The position numbers and the translations under genes are program-made. From the NCBI GenBank assembly GCA_963708135.1, contig OY970192.1, positions 4,064,001 to 4,128,000 on the forward strand: a stretch of DNA of 64,000 bases. Direction: 5' to 3'. Source of the stretch: an uncultured Gemmatimonadales bacterium. Lineage in GTDB: Bacteria; Gemmatimonadota; Gemmatimonadetes; Longimicrobiales; RSA9. The number at the start of each line of letters is the position of its first letter. Positions within the stretch are counted from its first letter, which is position 1. Positions 9,940-18,979 of this stretch are shown here, in pieces. The notes beneath the pieces are model-generated. The model was not told the origin of the DNA, did not search any database, and worked only from the letters and a program-made list of their open reading frames with translations.

Positions 9940-10553
9940 TGCGGGCCTGGCGTGACGGCGTCCGGCCGCGGCCGGGACGCGAACTGGTAGAGGGCCTGCT
10001 GGAGGAGCCGACGTCCGCGGAAGAGACGGCTCTTGACGGTGCCGACGGGGATGGCGAGGACGTCGGCGATCTCGGCGTAAGCGAGGCCCTCGAGATCGCT
10101 CAGGACGACGGCGTCGCGGAAGTCGGGCGGCAGCGCCTCGATGGCGGCGAGGATGGTGTCGTCGATGAGGGACGAGAAGAACTCGCCCTCGGGATCGTAC
10201 TGATAGGCGGCGGCAAAGACGGGGATCTCGCTCGTACGCACCTTGCCCGTGTCGGCTTCCTGCGCGGCCTGGCGGACGGTCTCGTCGCGCCGCTGGTCGC
10301 GCTTTCGCTGCCGGAGGAAGACGTTCCGGCAGATAGTAAAGAGCCAGCTCTTCGCGCGGGTTCCCGGCGTGTACTGCTCCCAGGCGCGGAAGGCGCGCAG
10401 GAAGGTCTCCTGGACGAGGTCCTCCGCGTCGGCGGCGGAGCCGCTCAGCCGGAGGGCGAAGCGGTACACGGCGTCGAGGTGAGGCAGGGCCTCTTCCTGA
10501 AAGGATCTGGTCCGGTCGTCCATGTCGACTGGAGGTGCAGAAGGTCGGTCCAT
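9936..10553 (-). CDS. ECF RNA polymerase sigma factor (SigR/SigH-like)
   Basis: DAEDLVQETFLRA and WLFTICRN (region 2); YAEIADVL..PVGTVKSRLFRGR (region 4). Confidence 0.93.
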   Translation of the reverse strand: MDRPSAPPVDMDDRTRSFQEEALPHLDAVYRFALRLSGSAADAEDLVQETFLRAFRAWEQYTPGTRAKSWLFTICRNVFLRQRKRDQRRDETVRQAAQEADTGKVRTSEIPVFAAAYQYDPEGEFFSSLIDDTILAAIEALPPDFRDAVVLSDLEGLAYAEIADVLAIPVGTVKSRLFRGRRLLQQALYQFASRPRPDAVTPGPQ

Positions 10554-10558
10554 GCAGG

Positions 10559-10587
10559 AGAGTACGGTCGCGGCCGGCCCAAGTCAA
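10559..10587 (-). promoter_or_regulatory. Sigma70-type promoter giving a leaderless ECF sigma transcript
   Basis: TTGACT-17 nt-TACTCT-5 nt-ATG. Confidence 0.6.
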
Positions 10588-10604
10588 AGGGGCCTGGCGG
10601 GGGC

Positions 10605-10919
10605 TCAATCCCAGATCTCGAGGGTCTCCTCGAACTCCGCCGCCATGCCGGGATGGCCGTGCGTTCGGGCGGCCTGGACGCCCTTTCGGTAGGCGTCGCG
10701 CGCCTCGTCTTCGCGCCCGAGACGGCGCAGCGCGTTGCCGAGGCGGCCCCAGGCGTTGCCCTGGTCATCGGCGAGGGCGAGGTACTCCCGGAGCTCGTCG
10801 ACGACCTGCTCCCAGCGTCCCTCCTTCTCGTACTCGGCAGCCAGCCCGAAGCGGAGGCGGGGGTCATTCGGGTTGCGCTCCATCATCTTCCGCAGCGCGT
10901 CGATCCTGGGATTCTCCAT
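10605..10919 (-). CDS. Tetratricopeptide repeat protein
   Basis: RIDALRKM..PNDP..RFGLA..AWGRLGNALRRLGREDEARDAY TPR pattern; RBS GGGAGG. Confidence 0.85.
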   Translation of the reverse strand: MENPRIDALRKMMERNPNDPRLRFGLAAEYEKEGRWEQVVDELREYLALADDQGNAWGRLGNALRRLGREDEARDAYRKGVQAARTHGHPGMAAEFEETLEIWD

Positions 10920-11412
10920 CCGTCCTCCCACTGGTGGCGGCCTGCGGCCCGAGGCCGAGGCGGGCCGCGAGCCGGAGCGCGTCGAAGGGCGCCTCGACCT
11001 TGGCGTCGTTGTCGAAATATACGTACACGTCCGCGCGTCGCGGCGCGCGGGCCCGCAGCCGGGAATGGCCGCGGCATCCGCGGGGGCGCGCCCCGTCCGC
11101 CACGCGCGGATGCGATCCGCCCAGCGATCGAGCTCGCCGTCGGTGTACGAGCGGGTCGCGCAGCTTCTTCATGTGGGTGATGAAGCGGCTCCCCTTGAGG
11201 GCGAAGGCGAAGCCGGCCGGCGTCTCGGCGTACCAGCGGCGGTAGCTGTCCGGCGTCTGGAGCGAGTAGAAGGACCCGTTGATCTCGATGGTATCCAGGC
11301 GACGACTGGCGTACTCCAATTCGCGGCGCCGGGGCAGCGTCCCTGGATAGAAGACGTCCCGCCAGCCTTGGTAGGTCCAGCCCGAGATCCCGATCCGCAC
11401 ACTACCCGACAT
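10864..11412 (-). pseudogene. DUF72 (YecE-like) gene with a large internal deletion and frameshifts
   Basis: The N-terminal IGISGW, EINGSFY and KGSRFITH motifs jump at ~11151 to YTDGELDRWADRIRAW in another frame, then return to VYVYFDND..APFDA. The central part typical of the family is missing. Confidence 0.7.
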
Positions 11413-11682
11413 CCCCCCCGCCTGCAACGGTCCGGAACGTTTCCGGGCGCGTGCGCCCTCAGCGCAAGAGGCGCTCCTGCACGCCGGGGGCGGCGGTCGA
11501 AGCCGCTCCTGGGGAGCGGCGGGACGTGGAGTCCCCAAGATCGGATGCATGCTTCCGCAAGCGATTTGGCGGCAATGACTTGACCAGCGCAGCGGTCCGG
11601 TGCTTGCAATCGGGACCGGTGTGGACGCGGGACAACGGCTGCGCCGAAGCGGGCGGGTTTCGAATAGATCGGGGAGGCGAAG

Positions 11683-12231
11683 TTGAGACACGGGATGGGG
11701 CGGCTGGCGGCCCTGCTGATCCTGATCGCCACGACGGCGGCCGGAGGGCAGGAGCCGCGCAGCTGGGATGCCAAGGCGAGCTCGCCGTCGGATTCGGTCC
11801 TGGGCACGGGCGCTTCGGCCCGGCTGGTCGTGGCGCCGGCGGTCCTGGAGCAGTGGAACTACCTGTACCGCTACGTCAACGAGGTGGAGTTCGTGCTCTG
11901 CCTGGAGGGGCAGGAGCGGGACGGCAAGACCTACATCACCGGCTTCCGGCTGGCGCGGATGGAGGCGGCGGACGCGAACAGCGTGCGCTACGAGCCGTGC
12001 ACGTCGGGGGCCTACATCGGGACGGCGCACAACCACCCGCCCAGCTCGCGGGGCGGGGGGCTGTGCTATCCCTCGGTCCCGGACCGGCAGAGCTTCGCGG
12101 CGGACGGGCGGGCGCTGGTGGACGTGGTCCTGTGCGGTGAGAACCGCTTCATCTGGTCGCTGAAGGATGGCACGTCCGGGGGCACTCCCGCGGCGATCGC
12201 GGCGGCGCGGGCGAGCGGGGGCTCGCCCTGA
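11683..12231 (+). CDS. Putative exported JAB/MPN+ (JAMM) domain protein
   Basis: GGAGG RBS 5 nt before TTG; signal peptide RLAALLILIATTAAG; E in EVEFVLCLEG, then IGTAHNHP and YPSVPD, matching E..HxH..SxxD. Confidence 0.65.
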   Translation: MRHGMGRLAALLILIATTAAGGQEPRSWDAKASSPSDSVLGTGASARLVVAPAVLEQWNYLYRYVNEVEFVLCLEGQERDGKTYITGFRLARMEAADANSVRYEPCTSGAYIGTAHNHPPSSRGGGLCYPSVPDRQSFAADGRALVDVVLCGENRFIWSLKDGTSGGTPAAIAAARASGGSP

Positions 12232-12315
12232 CGGGCGGACGCAGGGCGACGCCGGGGGGGTGATCGTCGGACGGCCGGCTTCGGGGGCGGCGCATCCCCG
12301 AACGTGACCGCCGGA

Positions 12316-14052
12316 TCACCCTCCGATCATCTCCCCACCTCCGACGGCCTTCTGGCCGACAATGAAGACGATGGCCATCAGCACGATCAGGAGCACGGCA
12401 TAGGCGGCGGCGGCGCCGAAGTCGTAGGCGCGGAGCTGCGAGAGGATCTCGACGGAGATCGGGCGGGTGGCGTGCGTGTAGAGGATGATGGAGGCGACGA
12501 ACTCGCCGAGGGCGGTGACGAAGGCGAGCAGGGCGCCGGCCACGAGGCCCGGGAGCACGAGGGGGAGCACGACGCGTCGCATGGCGTGGATCCAGGAGGC
12601 GCCGAGGGAGGCGGCGGCCTCCTCGAGGGCGGGATCGAGCTGCCGGAAGCTGGCGAGCGCCGCGCGGGTGACGAGGGGAATGTCGCGGATGAAGTAGGCG
12701 AGCGGCAGGATGAGCGCGGTGCCGATCAAGATGAAGCGGCCGGCCCACGGCTGGCTCGCGCTGAAGGTGGTGGCGAGCGCGATGGCGAGGACGGTGCCGG
12801 GGAGCGCCCAGGGCAGGGCGACGAGGAACGAGAGCAGCCCCTTGCCGCGCCCGCCGCGCCGGACCAGGAGGTACGCGGCGAGGAAGGCGACGGCGAGGTC
12901 GGCGGCGGTAGCCAGCGTCGCCATGCGGAGCGAGTTGAGCACGGGGGCGAGCCGCTGCGCCTGGGTGAACAGGTCGCGGTAGTTGACGAGGGAGTACACC
13001 GGAGGCAGCAGCTCGGTGGTCCAGCTGCCGGCGGGCACGAACGACACGAGCACGACAGTGAGATGGGGCAGCACCAGGAAAGCGACGATGGCGGCCGCGA
13101 GCGGCAGCGCCCAGGCGCGGCGCCGGCGCGGGAAGCCGCCCGCCGTCCCCTTGCCCGCGCCGGTGTAGAGGCGACCCGCCTCGTAGCGCTGGAGCATGGC
13201 GAGGAAGAGGAGCGAAGCGGCGGCGAGGACGACAGTCTCGACGGCAGCCATGGAGAGGTCGCCGTTCAGCTTGCTGGCGAAGATCTGCGTGGTCAGCACG
13301 CGGAAGCCGCCGCCGAAGATGTAGGGTGCGCTGAAGGAGCCCATCGAGGTCATGAAGACGAGCAGCGCGGCGCCGGCAATGGCGGGGGCGAGCATGGGCA
13401 GGGTGACGCGCCGGAGCGTGGTCCAGCGGCCGGCGCCGAGCACGGCGGCGGCCTCGACCTGGGCCGCGTCGGCGCGGGCGAGGGCGGCGCTGGTGAACAG
13501 GTAGAAGTAGACGTACATGCTGTAGGCGTGGACGAGCAGGATCGCGCCGGGTCCGTTGAGCAGCCAGGGCGGATTGGCGAGCCCGAGCGCGAGCTGGATG
13601 CCGCGGGTGAAGAAGCCGGTCTCGCCATAGAGGAACAGGAACGCGATGACGCCGACGAGCGGAGGCAGCAGGACGGGCAGCGAGGCGAGCGCGGCCAGCA
13701 CGCGGCGGCCGGGGAACTCGTAGCGCGCGAAGAGGAAGGCGAGAGGCACGCCCACGAGCCCGGAAAAGAGGACGCTGAGCGCGGAGATCCAGACGCTGTT
13801 CCAGAGGGCGCCGCGCTCGGCCGCGCTCTCCCAGAAGCGGACGTAGTTGGCGAGCGTGAGGCCTCCGGGGCGGTGGAGGCTGTCGCCGAGCACGAACACG
13901 TTCGGGTACAGGACGAGCCAGAGAAGGAGCACCAGCAGCGCCAGGCCGGCCACGCCGAGGGCGCCCCGCGGCGGGCGGAGCGCAGCGCGCAGGCGCGTCG
14001 CGGCACGCGGCGGCGCGGATGACGAGGCGGGAGCGACGGCCGGCACGCTCAT
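12316..14052 (-). CDS. Fe3+/FbpB-type ABC transporter permease
   Basis: Two permease modules with EAA loops (EAAAVLGA, EEAAASLGA). Confidence 0.9.
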   Translation of the reverse strand: MSVPAVAPASSSAPPRAATRLRAALRPPRGALGVAGLALLVLLLWLVLYPNVFVLGDSLHRPGGLTLANYVRFWESAAERGALWNSVWISALSVLFSGLVGVPLAFLFARYEFPGRRVLAALASLPVLLPPLVGVIAFLFLYGETGFFTRGIQLALGLANPPWLLNGPGAILLVHAYSMYVYFYLFTSAALARADAAQVEAAAVLGAGRWTTLRRVTLPMLAPAIAGAALLVFMTSMGSFSAPYIFGGGFRVLTTQIFASKLNGDLSMAAVETVVLAAASLLFLAMLQRYEAGRLYTGAGKGTAGGFPRRRRAWALPLAAAIVAFLVLPHLTVVLVSFVPAGSWTTELLPPVYSLVNYRDLFTQAQRLAPVLNSLRMATLATAADLAVAFLAAYLLVRRGGRGKGLLSFLVALPWALPGTVLAIALATTFSASQPWAGRFILIGTALILPLAYFIRDIPLVTRAALASFRQLDPALEEAAASLGASWIHAMRRVVLPLVLPGLVAGALLAFVTALGEFVASIILYTHATRPISVEILSQLRAYDFGAAAAYAVLLIVLMAIVFIVGQKAVGGGEMIGG

Positions 14053-14061
14053 CTCCCGCCT

Positions 14062-15141
14062 TCAGGCGGGGAACGCCCGGCCGAGCATCCCGGGCCGGAG
14101 CGTCACGCGCACGGTGGCTCCGACGGGCGCGGCATCGGCGGCCGCCTCGACGAGCAGCGGCGTGCCGGCCACATCCACGTGGTAGAAGGTGGCGGCGCCG
14201 GCGAAGCGGCGGCCCACGACGACCCCGGAGAGGGCGTTGGCGTCGGCCGCGGCGGCGTCGCGCGGGGGCTCGGCCGAGAGCGCGAGCGACTCGGGGCGGA
14301 CCAGCAATCGGACGCGGCTCCCGGCGTCGAGCGCCGGAGGATCGGCGGCCGTGGCAGGCCAGCGGGCATCGCCCTGGATCTCGCACAGGATGCGCCCCTC
14401 CGGCTCCACACCGGCCACGTGGCCATCGAGGAAGCCGGCGCGCCCGAGGAAGCCGGCCACGAACGGGTTGGCGGGTTCGAGGTAGAGGGTCTCGGGGGTG
14501 CCGAGCTGCTGGAGGCGGCCGTGGTCGAGGAGCGCGATGCGGTCGGAGAGCGCGAAGGCCTCCTCCTGGTCGTGGGTGACGAAGAGGGAGGTGATGCCGA
14601 GGCCCTTGAGCAGGGTCCGCAGCTCCTCGCGGGTGCGCTCGCGCAGGGCGGCATCGAGGTTGGAGAGCGGCTCGTCGAGGAGCAGCAGGGGCGGCTCGGG
14701 CGCGAGCGCGCGGGCCAGGGCGACGCGCTGCTGCTGGCCGCCAGAGAGCTGCTGAACGCGGCGCGGGCCGTACCCCGGCAGGTCCACGCGGGCGAGGGCC
14801 TCCTCGACGCGGCGGGGGATCTCCTCGGCGGGCACGCGGCGCGCCTTCAGCCCGAAGGCCACGTTCTCGAAGACATCGAGGTGCGGGAAGAGCGCGTAAT
14901 TCTGGAAGACCATGCCGACGGCGCGCCTCTGCGGGGAAAGGCCCGTGACGTCGCGGCCGTCCAGGAGCACGCGGCCGGCGGTGGCGAGCTCGAAGCCGGC
15001 GACCATGCGCAGCGTCGTCGTCTTCCCGCAGCCGGAGGGGCCGAGCAGGGTGACCAGCTCGCCGCGGGCCACCTCGAGCGAGAGCGCATCGACCGCCAGG
15101 ACCTCGCCGAAGCGCTTGCTGACCCCCTCGAGGCGGAGCAT
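14062..15141 (-). CDS. ABC transporter ATP-binding protein (FbpC/PotA family)
   Basis: GPSGCGKT, LSGGQQQR, LLLDEP, VTHDQ, C-terminal TOBE-like region. Confidence 0.93.
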   Translation of the reverse strand: MLRLEGVSKRFGEVLAVDALSLEVARGELVTLLGPSGCGKTTTLRMVAGFELATAGRVLLDGRDVTGLSPQRRAVGMVFQNYALFPHLDVFENVAFGLKARRVPAEEIPRRVEEALARVDLPGYGPRRVQQLSGGQQQRVALARALAPEPPLLLLDEPLSNLDAALRERTREELRTLLKGLGITSLFVTHDQEEAFALSDRIALLDHGRLQQLGTPETLYLEPANPFVAGFLGRAGFLDGHVAGVEPEGRILCEIQGDARWPATAADPPALDAGSRVRLLVRPESLALSAEPPRDAAAADANALSGVVVGRRFAGAATFYHVDVAGTPLLVEAAADAAPVGATVRVTLRPGMLGRAFPA

Positions 15142-15151
15142 GGCGCGGCGC

Positions 15152-16201
15152 TCAGCTCCGGCCGCGCACGTGCTCGTCCCAGTAGCGCATCCAGTCGGGT
15201 CCGCGCTCCTGGAGGCGCCGCCAGTCGAGGGGCTCCGGGACGATCCGGCGCAGCGCATCGCGCAGATGGGGCGGGAGCGAGTCCGGGGGCACGTCGGCGC
15301 GGGCGGGGAGCCGGTCGAAGCTGCGCGCGGCCAGGAGCGTGCCTTCCATGCCGCCCACGAACTCCACGAACTGGCGGGCGAGCTGGGGGTGGGGCGCGCC
15401 CTTCGGGATGGCGATGGCGTCCACGAGCAGCGGCGTACCGCTTGTGGGAAGCGTGTAGGCGATGGGCAGCTTCGTGCGGGCGCGCAGCTCGTCGATGTCG
15501 GGCATGTCCCATAGGGTCACGAGACCTTCCCGCCGTGCGAGCTTCTGGTAGAGCAGCGTGGGGTTCAGCACGTACTCCTTGGTCTGCGCGTCGAGCCGGC
15601 GCAGCCACTGCCAGCCCTGGGCGGTATCGCCGGTGGCGCGAATGGAGCGGTCGAGGACCATTCCGAAGATGGTGCGCATGGTGCCGCTGGCGAGCGGGTC
15701 GCGGATGAGGACCTGCCCCTTCCAGCGCGGATCGAGCACCTGCTCCCAGTCGTGCGGCGCGGCCGAATCGGGCACGGCGTCACTGTTGTAGGCGATCACC
15801 TCGGGGGTGAGGTAGGTGCCATACCAGCGGCCGGCGGAGTCGCGATCCACGGCGGGCACGGCGGCGCCCCACGCCGGACGGATCGTCTGGAGCAGCCCCT
15901 GATCGGCGGCGCGCTGGAAGATGGCGGCCGGCGCGCCGAACCAGACATCGGCCTGCGGGTTGGCCTTCTCGGAGCGAATGCGGTCGAGCACCTCCTGCGA
16001 GCCCATGTCGATCCACTGCACGTCCACGTCGGGATGGAGCTGCTCGAAGCGCTGCTCGAAGGCGGAGAGCAGCGCCCGCCCGTGGGGCGAGTAGACGACG
16101 AGGGGCGTGCGCGCGTCACCCGCGCACGCGGCGAGCACGGGCAGGAGAAGCAGCGCGGCGGCGCGGGCGGCGCGCCGCGCGGGCGCGCCCCCGCGACTCA
16201 C
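15152..16201 (-). CDS. ABC transporter solute-binding lipoprotein (Fe3+/AfuA-like)
   Basis: Lipobox LAAC; VVYSPH, EKANPQADVWFG, RDPLASGT. Confidence 0.88.
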   Translation of the reverse strand: MSRGGAPARRAARAAALLLLPVLAACAGDARTPLVVYSPHGRALLSAFEQRFEQLHPDVDVQWIDMGSQEVLDRIRSEKANPQADVWFGAPAAIFQRAADQGLLQTIRPAWGAAVPAVDRDSAGRWYGTYLTPEVIAYNSDAVPDSAAPHDWEQVLDPRWKGQVLIRDPLASGTMRTIFGMVLDRSIRATGDTAQGWQWLRRLDAQTKEYVLNPTLLYQKLARREGLVTLWDMPDIDELRARTKLPIAYTLPTSGTPLLVDAIAIPKGAPHPQLARQFVEFVGGMEGTLLAARSFDRLPARADVPPDSLPPHLRDALRRIVPEPLDWRRLQERGPDWMRYWDEHVRGRS

Positions 16202-18906
16202 GGGTTCACTCCCTTCGCGCCCAGGCTGAGCAGGTTCGCGAAGAGGCGATACGCGCCGGGGACGCCGGCGGGGAGCTGCCGGAAGAGCGAGAGCCCGGTG
16301 TACACGTAGGTGCCGCGCCCGTACGGCGCCACCAGCAGCGCGCCCTTGAGCGGCGGGCTCGCGGGGTCGTTCATCTCGAGGAGCGGCGTGTAATGGCTGT
16401 CCCAGTCGTGGGGGAAGTAGAGCCCGCGCTCCTGGACCCAGCCCTTCCAGTCCCCGGGGCCGAGCTTGTTGGGGAAGCCCAGTGCCTTGCTGGACGGATC
16501 GAGCTCCGTCACGGGCGCGGTCTCGTCCGTCACGCGGTCGGCCGGGCGCGCGTAGCTGAGCGGGTACGGCGCGAGACCCGGGTCGGCGTAGCCGTACTGC
16601 TGGTACTGCACGATGAGCGTGCCGCCGTTGCGGACGTAGTCCAGGACGCGCCGGTTGTGCGCGAGCAGGTCCTGGCGCACCTCGTAGGCGCGGATCCCGA
16701 CCACGATCACGTCGTAGGCGGACAGGTCACCGGAGGCGAGGGTGGCGGCATCGATCGGCGTGACGTCGACGCCGAGCTGGGCAAGGCCGGCGGGAACCGC
16801 ATCCCCGGCGCCCATGATGTAGCCGACCTTCGGCGTGCCGGCGACCTTCACGTCGAGCGCCCGCACGAGCACGTCCGATGGATGGTAGAGCATGTGCGGC
16901 CGGATATGGGGGTAGTCCACGAGCTCGTAGCCGCGGTCGAAGCGCGTGCCGGCGTCGCTCGTGAACGCCGCCTTCACGTGGTACTCGCCCGCGGCGGCGC
17001 CCGGCGCGGGGATGACCTGGAACTCGGCCACGCTGCTCTCGCCGGCCTTGTCGAATCGAACCGGGATGGACGCCGGCTCCGCCCGCCAGCCGGCGGGCAG
17101 CTCGAGCGCGAGCGCGCCGCTCTCGCCATCCGGGGCCTGGGCCGCCAGGTGCACGGACACGTGCAGCGGTTGCGCCTCCCGGCCCAGCGGCAGCACGGCC
17201 ACGCGCGGATCGACGTCCACGGAAACGGCCGGCACGACCCGGACGGGGCGGTGGAACTCGCCCGACTGGCGGCTGGCGCCCACGAACATCGCCTCGCGCG
17301 TGGCCGGCACGGTCGCGCCGTCCACGCCCACCTCGAAGGTGGCGCGGACGGGCGGCGGCGCGAACGGCTGGTTGCGGATGGCTGGATCCTCGGGCCAGCG
17401 GTACATGTCGCCGTCGCGCGGCTGCTTGAGGAAATACGCCTCCGTCTCCTCCGCGTCGGCCGGGACGTTCACGCGCCAGGTCTCGACGCCCATCGTGTGC
17501 GGCGCCACGGTGTCTCCGGGCAGGGGGGCGGCGGGATCCGGCGCGGCCAGCCGGCCGCCGCGCATCCGGCCGCCGGCCTCCGCGGCCTGCCCGGGCGGCA
17601 CGCGCGTGGCCGTCCAGCCCGCGGGGAGCAGTGGCCGCGCCACCGCCCGGACGGGCCGGTCGCCGCCGTTCCAGACGCGGGTCTCGACCTGGAAGCTCTG
17701 GCCCGGCACGACGAGCTCATCGGAGGCGACGGCGTCGATCACGATGCCGGCGGCACCGATCAGCGCCGCGGCCACGTCCTCCCGCTCGTGGCCGACCACG
17801 AAGCCCAGGTCCTCGGTGGCGGCGTCGTGGCGGGCGGCGACGCGGCCGTCGGCGGTGGCGAGGAGTCCGGCCATGCGGGAGAGGCGGGGCACGAGCGTGC
17901 CGGGGTCATAGGGATCGAACCCGCCGCGCAGGCCCGCGGCCGCGCTGTCGTAAGCCGTAAGGGCGCGGAGCAGGGCCGGGTCGCGGTCGGCGGCCGGGAG
18001 GTCGGCGGCGCGCTGGGAGAGCAGCGTGTCGACGTCGCCGAAGAGAGACGCCTCGTGGGCCGGCGCCGCGCCCTTCAGCGCGCGATCCTCGAGGAGCACG
18101 GCGCCGGTGTGGTGCGGCCCGGGCGGCGCCACGCGGCCCATATCCTGGGAGCGGTGGCGGCTGCGCGCCTCCATGGCGGCCTGATAGTAGGAGCGGCCGA
18201 GCAGCGGGTCGTACCCGGTGGGGACGTGGACCATCTCCGCGTCGGACGCGAAATAGGCGCCCTGGTAGAGCTTCTGGGCGGCCCACGGCCGGAGCCCGCG
18301 GCGGAGCTGCTCGGGGAAACGGGCGGGGTCGGCGGCGGCCTCGAACGCCTCGCGCGCCACGATGCCGGCCACCTGGTGGTGCCCGTGGCCGTCGCGCGGG
18401 GTGCCCGTGAAGACGGAGACGACGACATCCGGGCGGAACTTCCGGATCACCGCCACGACATCGGCGAGCACCTCCTGGTGCGGCCAGTGGCCGAACGCCT
18501 CGGCCGCGCTCTTGGAGAAGCCGTAGTCGAACTCGCGGCCGAAGAACTGCCCCGCACCGTCGAAGCGGCGGGCGGCGAGCAGCTCCTCGGTGCGGATGAG
18601 GCCGAGCGCCTCGAAGAGATCCGGCCCGATGGCGTCCTGGCCGCCCTCGCCGCGGGTGAGTGACATGTAGGCCACGTCCGCGCCGCGACCGAGCGCCAGC
18701 GCGGCCAGGAGCTGGGTATCCTCGTCGTCGGGATGCGCACCGATCATGAGCACGCGCTCCGTGGGCCCGACGCGGCGGAGCGCGAGCCCGAGCGCGGTGG
18801 CGCCGTGGTACTCGGAGGCGGTGGACTGGGCCGCGGCAGAAGGTGCCGTGGCCACGCAGGCGAGCGCCGCGCAGAGGGCGGCGCGCCGCAGAATTGTGTT
18901 GGTCAT
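16198..18906 (-). CDS. Exported PIG-L/LmbE family deacetylase with NEW3-like and GATase-like C-terminal domains
   Basis: Signal peptide, GAHPDDED, TRGEGGQ, HGHH, HRSQ; C-terminal VGYIMGAGD..GGTLIVQYQ. Confidence 0.88.
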   Translation of the reverse strand: MTNTILRRAALCAALACVATAPSAAAQSTASEYHGATALGLALRRVGPTERVLMIGAHPDDEDTQLLAALALGRGADVAYMSLTRGEGGQDAIGPDLFEALGLIRTEELLAARRFDGAGQFFGREFDYGFSKSAAEAFGHWPHQEVLADVVAVIRKFRPDVVVSVFTGTPRDGHGHHQVAGIVAREAFEAAADPARFPEQLRRGLRPWAAQKLYQGAYFASDAEMVHVPTGYDPLLGRSYYQAAMEARSRHRSQDMGRVAPPGPHHTGAVLLEDRALKGAAPAHEASLFGDVDTLLSQRAADLPAADRDPALLRALTAYDSAAAGLRGGFDPYDPGTLVPRLSRMAGLLATADGRVAARHDAATEDLGFVVGHEREDVAAALIGAAGIVIDAVASDELVVPGQSFQVETRVWNGGDRPVRAVARPLLPAGWTATRVPPGQAAEAGGRMRGGRLAAPDPAAPLPGDTVAPHTMGVETWRVNVPADAEETEAYFLKQPRDGDMYRWPEDPAIRNQPFAPPPVRATFEVGVDGATVPATREAMFVGASRQSGEFHRPVRVVPAVSVDVDPRVAVLPLGREAQPLHVSVHLAAQAPDGESGALALELPAGWRAEPASIPVRFDKAGESSVAEFQVIPAPGAAAGEYHVKAAFTSDAGTRFDRGYELVDYPHIRPHMLYHPSDVLVRALDVKVAGTPKVGYIMGAGDAVPAGLAQLGVDVTPIDAATLASGDLSAYDVIVVGIRAYEVRQDLLAHNRRVLDYVRNGGTLIVQYQQYGYADPGLAPYPLSYARPADRVTDETAPVTELDPSSKALGFPNKLGPGDWKGWVQERGLYFPHDWDSHYTPLLEMNDPASPPLKGALLVAPYGRGTYVYTGLSLFRQLPAGVPGAYRLFANLLSLGAKGVNP

Positions 18907-18979
18907 CCGGCAAAAGCTAGGCACCGGCCCGAGGGATGCAAGGGAGGCGGGGCCGCGGGCCGGACGTACGGCCGCCGCC

